The notes beneath the pieces are model-generated. The model was not told the origin of the DNA and ran no database searches. It was given only the letters and a program-made list of their open reading frames with translations. Of a stretch of DNA of 57,365 nucleotides, positions 18,049-30,100 are shown piece after piece; the first letter of the stretch is position 1; every line of letters starts with the position of its first letter. The DNA comes from a virus (Duplodnaviria > Caudoviricetes), in IMG/VR virus record IMGVR_UViG_3300030001_000013, positions 1 to 57,365 of that record. One strand, given 5' to 3'. The translations under genes were made by a program, and so were the position numbers.

Positions 18049-18145
18049 ATCAACTCCCTATTTATTAATAGGAATGGCAAAGGGGATGATTGCGGAGAAT
18101 ATATACATAAAATAACGTATAAAAATTAAATATATAATATATTAC

Positions 18146-20752
18146 TTATGCTATTTCTCCAATTGATATAATGTTTATTCCCCATGAGCCTGTTGCATTA
18201 AAAGATGTTGGAACTGTTAATGTCAATGTAAAACTTGTAGTACTGATTGAAGAAACTTTTAACATAACACCAGTTGTATACGTTCCTACACTTGAATCTC
18301 CTGTAATTGTAGCTAAAACAATAGGCGTAGAATAATATGATTTAGGAAATGTAAAAGTTTGAATAACTATTGTTTGACCTGATGTACAATTAAGCCAAAC
18401 TTCCTCCGATTGAATTGTATTTTGTCCTTTTAAAGTTTCTTGACCGCTATACCAATTTATACATTTACAATTGATCACGGAAGACCCATTTTCTATAGGT
18501 GAAGCTAAAAAATTAGTATTATGTGTTGTAGCATCCATTATAAAAGTAGATTCACGTATAGCAATACTGGAACCTGATATTGCTCTAGCAGCCATTTGTA
18601 TATTATCTGATGATGAAGTGTATCCACCAATAGAAAAATGACAATTAAGTACTGAATTTTTTATATTAGTACCTGATATTGAATTTATAATTGATGATGC
18701 TACTGTTGGTGTTGTAAAAGCAATTGCTGTCAAAGTTCTTTCAATGTTTATATTATTATTAATGCAATCTGTTCCTATTTTAATAAAGCTGTGATCACAC
18801 CAATATGCTGTACCATAAATTCCAGATGTTTCCTGATAAGCATGTATTATTATGTTGTTGGCTGAATTTAAATAAATGCTTTCAGCAGTTCCATTTATTG
18901 TACCTGAAATCTTACGTGTTGAAGTATATAGGGAAATAAATTCCATAGTTCCTACTTGATATAAATGCAATGCTCTAAAACTATCGTAAGAAATTAATGC
19001 AAAAGTATCAAAATGGCCCATTGTACAAGATCCTGATGTTGTTGCAGGTGTTTCATAATCTGTTGATATTTCACTGCCACCGTGAATTGTCATGTCTAAT
19101 ACATTTTCAACGACCATAGGCATATTTGCATAAATCTCTATTCCTCTACCGCCGCAATGTTCGCCACCGAAAATGAATAGTCCTATCGTACCAATTCCAC
19201 CATTAGCAGTGCTATCAGTTCCTAGATTTATCAATATATTATCAAATGTATTAAAAGCGCAAAACCCTGATGCTGATGAACTTGAACCACGTCTATCCAA
19301 TATGCCAATCTTTGATAAAGATTGACCTGTCGGAACGGTATCTCCATTATCAGCTATAATTCTAAAATCCCTTAAATTTAATTTGCTTGATCCTGTCAAA
19401 TCTATAGCTGGATATATTCCTGTACATGATCTAAATACAGTGAGAGACGTTCCCGCACCCCATATTTTTTTACCATTAAAAGGTGCATAACTTGTATTAT
19501 TCCTAGCCGTAAGATTTATAGGCAAAGTATGATAATAATTGCCTTGTGGAAAATAAATATCTTTATTTATGGACAATAAATTATTAATAGCTGTACTATC
19601 ATCAATTGATAATATTGTATATGCTGAATCTTCATACCATGCACCACTATGAAAATAATTAGCATTACCTTTACAAGCTACCATAGGGACTGGCGGATAT
19701 TTTGCATTTATCCAACCCATGTTTTCGTAATTATACTGTGTTTTTAATTTACGTGTATCCGTAATTACTCCAACTGTAGAATTTGCCGCTACACTAACAT
19801 TACTAATGCTAAATGCTCCACTCGGCAATGTTGGAACAACTGGTGTTGCTGATGGATTTCCTGTAGTTAATGTAACTATTCCCGCACTAGATAAATATGT
19901 CAAATCAATTCTAGGATTTGTTGAATCTGCTGTAGAATGACTTACTGTTGTTTGAGAAATTGATATTCTTTGACCATTTTGCATGTGAATATTTTGTGCT
20001 TGAACCGTTTCAATAAGGCCTGATATTGTTGATGAACTTCCGCTAACTGATCCATATCCTGTTGATTCTACTATTGTAGGTAACATTAAATCTGAATATT
20101 GTTTTGTTGCCGCTCCTAAATTATCTGTTGGATTTCCAAATAATAAAAGCGCACCTGTCATTGTATCTCCTGATTTAGCTACTTTTGTACTATCTGCAAC
20201 TGTAATATCTTGTGACCCATCAAAACCAATACCATTTATTAATCTTTCTGTGGCTAATTTTGTTGCTGTAATTTGACCAGACACATCAATTGTAACTTTG
20301 TCGTTTACTGCATCTGGTGTTAATGTGATATTTGTTCCACCGACTAATGTAAACGTATCTGTTTTTGAATCTGCTTGTATTGTTGTACTACCAACTGAAA
20401 TTCCCGAAAATGCATTTTGGTTTACTTCTGCACCACTTGCTATTGTTGCCAATTTTACAACATCTGTATTAGCCATAAACCCATTAGAACTTGTTGTTGC
20501 TACACTATGAACATGGCTCGCCATTGCAAATGCCGATGATAAAAAACCATTTAGCATTTCAGAATTTAGATTTGTATTTATTGTCCCATTGCTAACAGGA
20601 ATATTTCCACTTAAATTACCTGTTGAAAGTCCATTTACTGTTCCTGCGTTTACAATTGCATCCTCTTTTAACGCTTTCTGATTCTGTCGTATATCTGCGG
20701 GTCCATTTGCAATAAATTCTGTGTCTGCTGGTATTGTTGCATCATAAGCCAT
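18146..20752 (-). CDS. tail fibre/tailspike 1 with probable beta-helix depolymerase domain
   Basis: KVAKSGDTMTG fibre motif; DDSTAINN...IYFPQGNY pectate-lyase-like start; C-terminal TFP..Y...P.V domain. Confidence 0.8.
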   Translation of the reverse strand: MAYDATIPADTEFIANGPADIRQNQKALKEDAIVNAGTVNGLSTGNLSGNIPVSNGTINTNLNSEMLNGFLSSAFAMASHVHSVATTSSNGFMANTDVVKLATIASGAEVNQNAFSGISVGSTTIQADSKTDTFTLVGGTNITLTPDAVNDKVTIDVSGQITATKLATERLINGIGFDGSQDITVADSTKVAKSGDTMTGALLLFGNPTDNLGAATKQYSDLMLPTIVESTGYGSVSGSSSTISGLIETVQAQNIHMQNGQRISISQTTVSHSTADSTNPRIDLTYLSSAGIVTLTTGNPSATPVVPTLPSGAFSISNVSVAANSTVGVITDTRKLKTQYNYENMGWINAKYPPVPMVACKGNANYFHSGAWYEDSAYTILSIDDSTAINNLLSINKDIYFPQGNYYHTLPINLTARNNTSYAPFNGKKIWGAGTSLTVFRSCTGIYPAIDLTGSSKLNLRDFRIIADNGDTVPTGQSLSKIGILDRRGSSSSASGFCAFNTFDNILINLGTDSTANGGIGTIGLFIFGGEHCGGRGIEIYANMPMVVENVLDMTIHGGSEISTDYETPATTSGSCTMGHFDTFALISYDSFRALHLYQVGTMEFISLYTSTRKISGTINGTAESIYLNSANNIIIHAYQETSGIYGTAYWCDHSFIKIGTDCINNNINIERTLTAIAFTTPTVASSIINSISGTNIKNSVLNCHFSIGGYTSSSDNIQMAARAISGSSIAIRESTFIMDATTHNTNFLASPIENGSSVINCKCINWYSGQETLKGQNTIQSEEVWLNCTSGQTIVIQTFTFPKSYYSTPIVLATITGDSSVGTYTTGVMLKVSSISTTSFTLTLTVPTSFNATGSWGINIISIGEIA

Positions 20753-20794
20753 TATAAAAACCCCTTTATTAATAAAATATAAAAGGACTACTTT

Positions 20795-23700
20795 TTAGTA
20801 GCCCTTAATCCTGATATCAGCAGAACCGCCAACATCGACATTACTTTCATTTTTTATTTTTAATGTACATGTTGTATTTGTCTTGCTAATCAAATCAATG
20901 TGCAATCCTTCTCCAATCGCTGTAGGCGTTACATATGGTACTGTATAAAACGTATGACCATAAGAAACCGTTGTCCCACCAATTGCAATCGTTGATGTTA
21001 TTGCTAAATCTGTATCATCAACATCGATATTTATCGTAAATTGATTTACTTCTGGCGTTTTTGATGTGTTTGACGTACCTAAAATAACTTTAAATTGAAC
21101 ATATCTAAATGTATACTGAACAGGTTTGAAATCTTGCCAACTTGTCCATAATGTTCCATCCTGTGATGTTTTTATTTGTAAAACGGCTGAACCTGTGCCA
21201 CTAACAATAACCGTTGATATAAAATTAGATGAAATATTTGCCGTTATAATACTGCCAATATCAATCTGTTGACATAAATATGTTCCTGTTGTTGGATATA
21301 CGCCACTAACTGCTTTTAATTTTAAAACTGTAGACCCGCCAACATCACTAAATTTAATTGTTGGATAATCAGAAAACCTACCGCCTAAATTACTAAAATT
21401 GATTAGAGATTCACCAAATTCAACATTTGTTGATGTTCCGTTTTGTAATGCAATTTCGTCAAATGTTTCAATTATATTTTTTACTGGCAAATTTGATATA
21501 GAAACGGTATATTGCGCCGCTGTTGCACTATAATGACCGCTATTATTGATTGATTTGATGAAATATTGATAATTTCTTTCTGTATCAACTGATGCAACAT
21601 ATTCTGTTTGTGTAACTCCTGTTGATACTAAAGAACCTTGGGAGAAATTTGAACCCTCACGGATTTCATATGAAACAACATCTGATTCACTTGCTTTGTT
21701 CCAATATAATTCAACTGTTTCACCATTTTGATAAGCAACAAATCCTGTTACTGCAAGAGGTTCAACCGTGCAATATAAATTAGAATCTGTTTCATCCGAA
21801 TAATAACCTGCGGTATTAATTGTTTTGATCATTACTTTTATATTTCCGGTAGATGTTAACTGATATGTGCAATACAATTCTTGTGTTAGCGGCAAATCTT
21901 CTGCTGAATCCCATGTTTGACCTATCTTTACTTGATAACCTGCTAAATCACCGTCAGAAACACCCTCCCACATAATATTTAAAACTGATTTATCGCTTGT
22001 AGATTGTGCCATTTGAATATTTGTTACTGCTGTAGGATTCATGCTGTAAATTCCTGAAACTTCTGCCGGATATAAGCTTTCATGACCTGCGCTTGTAACT
22101 GCTTTAATCCAAAATGTTTTTTCTGTTTCATCATTTACGATAATATCATAAAATGTTCCTGTTACTCGTTGGCCTATTACTATGCCGCTATCCCAACTAA
22201 CACCGTTTTTAATAATATAATAAGCAACATCAATTACTATCGGCATATCCCATGACAATGTTACTTTTGTTCTGTCTGTCGTTGACTGTGTGGCTGTAAA
22301 TCCGGTAACGTCATAAGCTTCGATGAATACTGAAACGGATATGTTTTTTGCAATTGAATAATATCCGGCAACTGTTCGTGCTTTGACCATGATATTATAT
22401 GTTCCACTTGTAGGGATTGACCACACGTAATATATTTCTGATGTTCCACTTGTGATCTCTGTTCCTGTATCCCATGAATTACCATAACGAATTTCATAAC
22501 CTGCAATATCTTTTCCTGCGCTTGCTGTCCATGAAATCTTTAATTTACTTACATCCTGTGTTTCCTGAACACCTGTTAAATCCGTTACTGCATCAGGCGT
22601 GATTGTGGCTGTTATATCGCCGCTGATTGCATTTGCTGAATAATTACCAGAATTATCAATTGCTTTTACTGAAAATACATAATTACCATTTGCACTAATT
22701 GTATATGTGAATGTATTGTCGGCAATTATTGAAAGATTTAATTTTGTTGCTGTCTCCCAAACATCACCTAATCTAACCTCATAACCTCTCAAATCTGGCG
22801 TTGTGACTTGATTAATTGCATCCCATGACAATACTATCTGCGCGCGATTATATTCATACTGAACCAATGATAGACCTGTTATATCCGGTGGTGGGTCACT
22901 TTTACCTGTGATGATATAAGAATCAGAAATACATCCATTTGATTCAATCGTAAATTTATTTATTGTTGTAACTTTTACTTTTACAGATTGCGCTTGTTTT
23001 AATGATTTTATTTTATAGCCGCTTGCTACTGCTACACCTGAATATGTCCAAGAACCTGTATTGTTTTCATCATAATAAACATTATAATGATCTACTATCG
23101 TACATAATGAATCTGTAAAGCTAACCGTAAGGTCTGTCAATGCTGTTCCATCACGTAATATATAGGTATTTTCGTCAAATTGAATATTTGATACATCCGG
23201 TGGCAATTGTTTTGAAATTACATGCGTATACTCAACAACATCAGCTATACTTTGTTCTGCCGCACCATAAATATTAAATGACGTAAATTTAAGACAGATT
23301 GTTTTGCCAATATCTGTTTGTGCAAAATCATACTTAAATAAATTATCATCTAACCTAACAAATTGACTGCCTGACGAATGAGCCGCAACCGTTGTTCCGT
23401 ATGCGCCCCGAACTAATCCGGTTAATGTATAATGACCTATTGCTGTCAATGTAGCTGTTGTATAAGCTATGCATTCATTATCAACCCAACATAAAGTCCT
23501 TAGATTACTTGCATCTGCTGATGTTCCTGAACTTAATTGTAAATCCGTATCAGATAATGCTATTTGTAAACTATCACTTATTGCTGAAAGACCTGCTGTA
23601 AGCGTTCCTTGACGGGAAATAGAATTAAATACGCCCGCCTGCTTATACGTGTCTCCATCGTCACTAATCCATATATTACAACCACCGAAATTATCCCCAC

Positions 23701-25180
23701 CGCTTAAGCCTATCCACGTTTCAAAACCTGTCGTTGTTATATCACTAGGAGGTTCAAATGTTACAGGTGTATTTATATTGCCGCCTGTTAACGCCGTATT
23801 TGCTGATGCTCGAATGGATTCTTGACCTACATACTCAACAATACCTGTTCCTGTTATGCCGACCTCTTCGACCGTCAATGTGATTGTCATATCAGATTCG
23901 CTGATCTCCTTATCAACAATTCTGACTAATTCTTTTTCTAATCCTGTATCACTATCACTAATGTCAATTAAATCCATTGGTTCTAATACGATATAAGGGA
24001 AATAAGGTATTTTACTAACCGTATATTGTTGACGATGATCAATAGTTCTTTCGCCTATTGCTTGAACAACAACGCCCGCAACTGCCGCCGTACATATACA
24101 ATCTAATGAAACCGAATCAGCTTTTTTTAATCCAATCTGTTTTATTGAAACTAAATCTTCATAATAAACAACATCGTCTGCATATTCCGAAGCACGATTT
24201 TTAAACGCTAATGATTGAAAATTATATATATCGCTGTCGTCATCTTCATTTTCTTTGATTGGTTCTTTATTATCTAAATAATCATCATCCGTTAAAGAAA
24301 ATTTAGCATCTAAATCAGGTGAATATGTTACTCCGTTTTTTGTAACTGCTGTTGTTCCGTATGGGACAAATTTAGATTTTCCTTGTGACATTACATGTTG
24401 GCTATTTGTAGCCATCATAATATTTGTCAATTCGTCTGAAACAGAATTTTGACTGCCATCCAATGATAATGATAAAAATATTCCCATTGCTAGACAATAA
24501 TTTCTATAATTTGTCATATCATAGATATAATCTGAACCATATCCAATGCCAAAAATACTATCATTAAGTAACCCGTTAATAATTCGATATGGTTCTGCAT
24601 CTAAATTTCCACCGCCATAAATATACTTACCGAACATTTCAAATGCATATGATGGTAATGAATTGTCACTTCCTAAATCTAAATAGGCCGCAACATATGC
24701 GGTATATGGATAATTTAAAGCATGATCTATATGCTTACTTGTCATATAAGACCAAGGATTTTGTGTTTTAGAACCATAGAATACTGATAAATTTGATTCA
24801 GAATTTAAAGCATTACCATCTGAATCAAAATAAAGCGAATTTATTGCCGCTAAAGTTGTTCCATCAAATCCATAATTTGAATTTATAGCATTTTTCTTAT
24901 ATGCTGTGCCGCTATCCCATAAACGGCCTATTCCTCCAACTTCGCCCTCACATAAAGCTGTAGCGACTGCAACATAATATGTGTATGATGTAGATTTTAC
25001 CGAACCACCTTTACCTGAACTTGTTGTTGTTGTAACACGTTTAAAATCAATATAATCAATTACATTTCCAGATACTTTATGTGTACCTAAAACGATTGCT
25101 AAAGGGACATTAAATGACGATGATGTTATGTCTAGATCACTATATTTAGTTCCTGTTGTTATATTTGAACTACCACCCAT
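20795..25180 (-). CDS. tail tip/host-specificity (J-like) protein with fibronectin-III-like repeats
   Basis: ALCEGEV.GIGRLW, L.RGAYGT motifs; about six ~94-aa units (P.DVTG...LSW...GYE.R.G..W). Confidence 0.85.
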   Translation of the reverse strand: MGGSSNITTGTKYSDLDITSSSFNVPLAIVLGTHKVSGNVIDYIDFKRVTTTTSSGKGGSVKSTSYTYYVAVATALCEGEVGGIGRLWDSGTAYKKNAINSNYGFDGTTLAAINSLYFDSDGNALNSESNLSVFYGSKTQNPWSYMTSKHIDHALNYPYTAYVAAYLDLGSDNSLPSYAFEMFGKYIYGGGNLDAEPYRIINGLLNDSIFGIGYGSDYIYDMTNYRNYCLAMGIFLSLSLDGSQNSVSDELTNIMMATNSQHVMSQGKSKFVPYGTTAVTKNGVTYSPDLDAKFSLTDDDYLDNKEPIKENEDDDSDIYNFQSLAFKNRASEYADDVVYYEDLVSIKQIGLKKADSVSLDCICTAAVAGVVVQAIGERTIDHRQQYTVSKIPYFPYIVLEPMDLIDISDSDTGLEKELVRIVDKEISESDMTITLTVEEVGITGTGIVEYVGQESIRASANTALTGGNINTPVTFEPPSDITTTGFETWIGLSGGDNFGGCNIWISDDGDTYKQAGVFNSISRQGTLTAGLSAISDSLQIALSDTDLQLSSGTSADASNLRTLCWVDNECIAYTTATLTAIGHYTLTGLVRGAYGTTVAAHSSGSQFVRLDDNLFKYDFAQTDIGKTICLKFTSFNIYGAAEQSIADVVEYTHVISKQLPPDVSNIQFDENTYILRDGTALTDLTVSFTDSLCTIVDHYNVYYDENNTGSWTYSGVAVASGYKIKSLKQAQSVKVKVTTINKFTIESNGCISDSYIITGKSDPPPDITGLSLVQYEYNRAQIVLSWDAINQVTTPDLRGYEVRLGDVWETATKLNLSIIADNTFTYTISANGNYVFSVKAIDNSGNYSANAISGDITATITPDAVTDLTGVQETQDVSKLKISWTASAGKDIAGYEIRYGNSWDTGTEITSGTSEIYYVWSIPTSGTYNIMVKARTVAGYYSIAKNISVSVFIEAYDVTGFTATQSTTDRTKVTLSWDMPIVIDVAYYIIKNGVSWDSGIVIGQRVTGTFYDIIVNDETEKTFWIKAVTSAGHESLYPAEVSGIYSMNPTAVTNIQMAQSTSDKSVLNIMWEGVSDGDLAGYQVKIGQTWDSAEDLPLTQELYCTYQLTSTGNIKVMIKTINTAGYYSDETDSNLYCTVEPLAVTGFVAYQNGETVELYWNKASESDVVSYEIREGSNFSQGSLVSTGVTQTEYVASVDTERNYQYFIKSINNSGHYSATAAQYTVSISNLPVKNIIETFDEIALQNGTSTNVEFGESLINFSNLGGRFSDYPTIKFSDVGGSTVLKLKAVSGVYPTTGTYLCQQIDIGSIITANISSNFISTVIVSGTGSAVLQIKTSQDGTLWTSWQDFKPVQYTFRYVQFKVILGTSNTSKTPEVNQFTINIDVDDTDLAITSTIAIGGTTVSYGHTFYTVPYVTPTAIGEGLHIDLISKTNTTCTLKIKNESNVDVGGSADIRIKGY

Positions 25181-25192
25181 TTAATCAACCCC

Positions 25193-25630
25193 TCACCAAA
25201 AGCTATACACCGCCCGCATTCTGTCTTTAAGCGGGTCTTGTTCTGTGTCGCTATAACAAACCATATGATAATTTAAAAACGAATGTATAACCGTTGGATA
25301 ATCAATTACAATTGAACCATGCGATATACAACGACCCCATTGATATAAAATTAAATCGCCTGGTAACGGTGATCGATTTTCAACTTTATGACAATACTTT
25401 TCGACCCATCCAAGATATTTTTGATCTCCACGATGCAAATGCCAATCGGGTGGATAATGGGGGATATCAATATGTTCCATCAATCCGCACCGTTCAAAAA
25501 CTTCAATTAAAAACATGCCGCAATCTGTGCCTGCCCCTTTAATCCTTCCTTCGTGCTGATATGGGGTTTCAAGCCAAGAAATAGCTTCTTTTACTACTGA
25601 TTCACGCTGTTCTTTCTCTAATGTGTTCAA
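25193..25630 (-). CDS. NlpC/P60 tail-associated peptidase
   Basis: W..TPY.H.GR.KG.GTDC, PGD, H...IH. Confidence 0.9.
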   Translation of the reverse strand: MNTLEKEQRESVVKEAISWLETPYQHEGRIKGAGTDCGMFLIEVFERCGLMEHIDIPHYPPDWHLHRGDQKYLGWVEKYCHKVENRSPLPGDLILYQWGRCISHGSIVIDYPTVIHSFLNYHMVCYSDTEQDPLKDRMRAVYSFW

Positions 25631-25647
25631 AACGAACCGCTCCTTTA

Positions 25648-26535
25648 TTAAACATTTGTGTAAGGATTTGGAATATATGGGAATGCTCTGGCATTTGAAT
25701 AATTATTAAATCTTGCTTTACAAGTTGCGATTGTATGATCACAACCTGCCGTTGTAGCAATTGTATCGCCTGAATTTGGTGCTGATGCTAGATTCTTTCG
25801 AAGAACTGCCGTTCCTATTCCTGTAGACGAATTGAGCGTGTATGATTTGATTGTCCTATATGCTCCATAATTACTGCCGCCTGAAACATATATATAGCCG
25901 CCTGTATAATAATTTGTTGCTTTACTGCATGGAAAATATAACGTATTTTTTGTGCATCCACTGGACAATGTATAATTCAATGTAAAATCGCTCTCGTTTA
26001 TACCACAAGCTGTTGAATATGTGGCATTGATGCAACCTGCAATAAAGATATTAGGCGGCGTTTTTGTTGACATTATATCCGTAAATGATTTGATCTTTAT
26101 ACTGGCAACACTCCGGCTTGCACTATCTAATTTAAATCTACCTTTCCAGATAACCATTCGATATGTTTCTGTAGATGTAAACGCCCAATTTATCAAAAAA
26201 ACTTGTGAATGTTCTACTGTAGCCCATCTAAACGCACCTGATCTTATTGCTTTTGCTAATGTCGTACTTGCATTATTTAACGTAATAACATCATCTGAAT
26301 TATAATAAATTGTTACATCACGCGTATCAACATCAAATCCAATGCCCTGTTTCAAACCACCAATATCAAAAGCTAAAGGCAAATAATTATAATTGCCGCA
26401 TTTAAATGTATAAGGCAAATTTGTAAATCGGAATACTGTTGTTTTATCCCATAACGTAATTGTCAATAAATCAATAACACATAATTGTGTTTCATTGCAT
26501 AATCTAGCAAGCAATTCCGTACTTAAATCCATCAT
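25648..26535 (-). CDS. baseplate hub protein (DUF2163/BR0599-like)
   Basis: C...Y...CG, AGCDHT..TC..RF.N..N..FPYIP. Confidence 0.85.
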   Translation of the reverse strand: MMDLSTELLARLCNETQLCVIDLLTITLWDKTTVFRFTNLPYTFKCGNYNYLPLAFDIGGLKQGIGFDVDTRDVTIYYNSDDVITLNNASTTLAKAIRSGAFRWATVEHSQVFLINWAFTSTETYRMVIWKGRFKLDSASRSVASIKIKSFTDIMSTKTPPNIFIAGCINATYSTACGINESDFTLNYTLSSGCTKNTLYFPCSKATNYYTGGYIYVSGGSNYGAYRTIKSYTLNSSTGIGTAVLRKNLASAPNSGDTIATTAGCDHTIATCKARFNNYSNARAFPYIPNPYTNV

Positions 26536-27128
26536 GAAGAACCAACCTCCGATTCAAATATGACGGTAGGTGCTGACCAAACAGCGTCGCAAACCTCTTC
26601 ATATTCCAAATCATCCGCCGTGAATCTGCACCGATAATAAAATAATCCTGACCATGACAAAACCGCACCGTTTGCGGGTGCGGTTGCGAATGTTATAATA
26701 CCTTTCGTTATCCAAGAAAACGCCGTTGTTGCCACGCCATCAATATAAATCGTAGGTGTTGATGCAATGTTAACAGGTTCAATAAATCTTCCCCATGCAC
26801 GACATAATACAAATTTCGTTGTACTTCCATCGCCTTCACCAAAATCTTGATTTACGCATGTATTGTCTTTTTCGTCAAGATATAAAAAACTATCATATTG
26901 ACCGTATCTGTTTAGAAAAAAACCGACAATCTCTTGCAAATCATCTGTTGCTAAAGATTCATCTTTTAAACCTGCATACCCTAATGTAAATGTCCATACT
27001 GGATAAGGTGCTAAACAGATTGTTTTTTTAATCTTCGTGATGGAGGTTTGAACGATTGTATTAAATTTTGGTTTCTTTTTTATTCCCAACGTTCGACCGC
27101 TGAGACTTGGAAATATTGCATCACTCAA
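26532..27128 (-). CDS. distal tail protein (DUF2460-like)
   Basis: FF..R.G..DSFLY.D, GDG.TT.F, ITF.TAP..G..L.W.G. Confidence 0.85.
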   Translation of the reverse strand: MSDAIFPSLSGRTLGIKKKPKFNTIVQTSITKIKKTICLAPYPVWTFTLGYAGLKDESLATDDLQEIVGFFLNRYGQYDSFLYLDEKDNTCVNQDFGEGDGSTTKFVLCRAWGRFIEPVNIASTPTIYIDGVATTAFSWITKGIITFATAPANGAVLSWSGLFYYRCRFTADDLEYEEVCDAVWSAPTVIFESEVGSS

Positions 27129-30100
27129 TCAAGGTCGCCCCCATCTGCTCTGATTTTGTAAATTATTGCTTCGTTGTGTTCTGTATACTGATTGATTTAA
27201 ATCCTTACTTGAATCGCTTAATACTTTTCCTAATCCCTTGCCATCAATTGCAGACATATTGTAATTAGGAGATACAGATATTTTCGTAACATTTGAATTA
27301 CTGTTACTGTTTGAATTGCTATTTGTTTGATTAAATCCACCATTAGCAATAAAGCTCCTTGCACCTTCTGCGAATGGTTTAGGCAATATTGCTTCGCCCT
27401 GATGGATTTGGGCAACTTGATCTTTTGCAACATCCAACGTTCCTACATCATATGAAGGTAATGAGGAATAAACCGCTCCTGTTTGCCTATATGATGATGC
27501 AGGACTATATGTTGTAGACGATGAAGAATCACTACCACCAAAAATCAATGACCAGATTGAATATACAATCATTAATTCACTCATGATACTTCCTAAACTA
27601 GAAATAACGTCTGTACTTGCTGAGGCCGCTGATGTACTTGCACTTGATGCATTTGCATTATTTAACGCTTTTTCTTCTGCATTCATTGTTTGCTTATCTT
27701 TTAATTCTTTTGTTTGATATAACTTTGAATTAATATATTTTTTTACATTTGACGAAACCCAATCACTAACCATGCCATTTAAAACGCTTGTTATAGATGT
27801 TTTAAATGAAATTAATGCATCTTTCCAACCTTTAGCATGCGTAACTAAATCTGTTGTCATCTTACCGAAGCTAGAGCTTACCGAATCAACAACTTTAGTT
27901 ACATTTTTTAACCGTTCGTCTGTAACTTGTTTGTCAATTGCTAATATGTCTTTTTCGCTTTTTGTGATATGAGCGGTAATATCAGTCCATGCTTTGATTG
28001 CCGCTTCTTTGTCGGTAGCATCCAAAACGACAGATTCAGCAATTGCTTTCCTTAACGTTGCTGTTTTAGCATTAGAAAAAGCTGTATATGCCTGTTCCAT
28101 TGCAAGATATGTTGTTCCTGCCGCCGCCGCTTCTGCTTCCAATTCCGTTTTTTGTAATGCCTGTTGTTTGATTAAAGATGCTTTTTTTGCTTCTAACAAC
28201 TGTTCTTGACTAATCAATCCGTTTTGTGCTAAATCTGCATAATGTTGATCATCTGCTTCAAATTGATCTTTTAGCATCGATATATAAGATTCCGAAGCTT
28301 GTTTGTCAATCTTCCTTTTTTCATCTGCCGCTTGCTTACGTGCCGTAATATCTAACTGCAAATAACCCATATTATAATCATGACCATCTTTTGATGTTTC
28401 GATTGCCGCCTTTAAATCTTCCTGATATAATGCAATCTTTTCTTGGATGGTTCGTTTCGTTCCATTTATTTCTGCATTATCTTGAGCTGTTTTTTCATCC
28501 TCTTCGTACTTGTCTTTAGCTTTTTGATAACCTTTTGACAAACTATCATCTGTATCTTTTTCTTTCTTTTCTTTTGGTTCTTTCTTCTCTTTTTTCTCTT
28601 TATCAGGCGACAAATCAGGTTCAAAATATCCACCCTCTGGCGCGCCTGTTCCACTGCCATCATATGCATCAGGTGTCATTAATTTAGATACACCGTTCTT
28701 TACTGCACCAAATGCCGCTGAACCAAATTTCATTGCACCTTCTGGATCACTTGCCGCGCCGTAAACTGCCTGTCCTAATCCTTTTGCGGATTGCCAAAGC
28801 CCTGTATATCCTGTAATTAATCCTGACATTAGACCTTTTGCTGAATCAATTGCACCGGAAAAATCGCCCATAATTGCATTGCCAATTGTTTTAGCTAGCG
28901 CTACAAATATTTCACCGATTCCCTTTGCCATTTGGCTTACGCCTTCTGAAAAATTATTCAGGCCATAAATAATACCATCACATGTTCCTGCTGTAGCTTC
29001 TTGAATACTACCAAAATTCATTGTCCATGCTCCGGCCAATGCGACTACGACTGCAATCCCTGCAATGACTGTTCCATATAAAGCCATTAATCCTACTCTT
29101 GCTATTCTGACAATACCATTCATAGATATTAACGATCTCATATATGACAATACGCTTGTAACACCGCCCGCGCGATATAACATAGAAACTTCTGCTAATG
29201 TTAACCGCATTCCTAACATTGCCGCCTTTGCTCCATTAACTGCCCCTGTCATTACGCCTGTTGCTGTAGAAACAACCGTTCCGCTTGTGGCGAATGAAAC
29301 AGCCGCCATCGTTGCGCTTGTCAATCCTGATATAAGCCCACCGACTGCACCTGTTAATAATCCGACTGGATTAATACATGTTCCAACGATTCCCGCGAAT
29401 CTTTCAAATCCAACTGCTACTAATACCATTTTCAAAGCCGCCATACCGCCAAGCAGAATACCGACTGCGCCACCTAATGCCGCCATTTGAATAATTACAT
29501 TTCTTGTTTCAGGGCTGATCTGATTAAATGCCATTGCTAAATTTTTAACCAACGTGGATAATCTTGTTAATGCAGGTAACATTGCATTACCTATTTCCAT
29601 CTTGAAACCATCCATGACCGCCGACATTTGCCGTTGTGCTTGAATCCACGTCATATAAGCACTTGTATCATGGACAACCGCGCCGTATTGCTCTGCCTTT
29701 TTACGCAAATCATCTATACCCGCCGCACCTTTTTGTAAGAAAGGTATCATTGCCTGTGCTTCTCCCCTGAACATTGCAAATGCAAATTGACTTCTTGCCA
29801 TGCCTGGTGCTAATGAATTATATCTTTCAGCGATATTAGAAAGAATCTGTCCTGTAGGTAACAAATGCCCGTTTGTATCCTTTACCGAAACGCCAAACTC
29901 TGTAAATTTGTCCCTGCCTGTATCCATTGACTTTTCAGCCATGAGCATTCCACGGGATAATGACATAACCGCCGTGCTAAATGATTCCGTTTGTACGCCC
30001 GACATTTTAGCCGCGAAGCTCCATTGACTAGCATCCTGAATACTCATACCTGTGACACGAGATAACCCCATCATTGCCTTTTCATGATCTAATGCTGACT

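Noticed and set aside
16738-20752. Diversity-generating retroelement or invertible tail-fibre shufflon
   Set aside because: No reverse transcriptase or invertase, no TR/VR pair seen, and both genes are co-oriented.
28555-28600. KEKKEKKEPKEKKEK low-complexity repeat in the tape measure gene
   Set aside because: Protein linker composition; there is no evidence for an independent DNA element.
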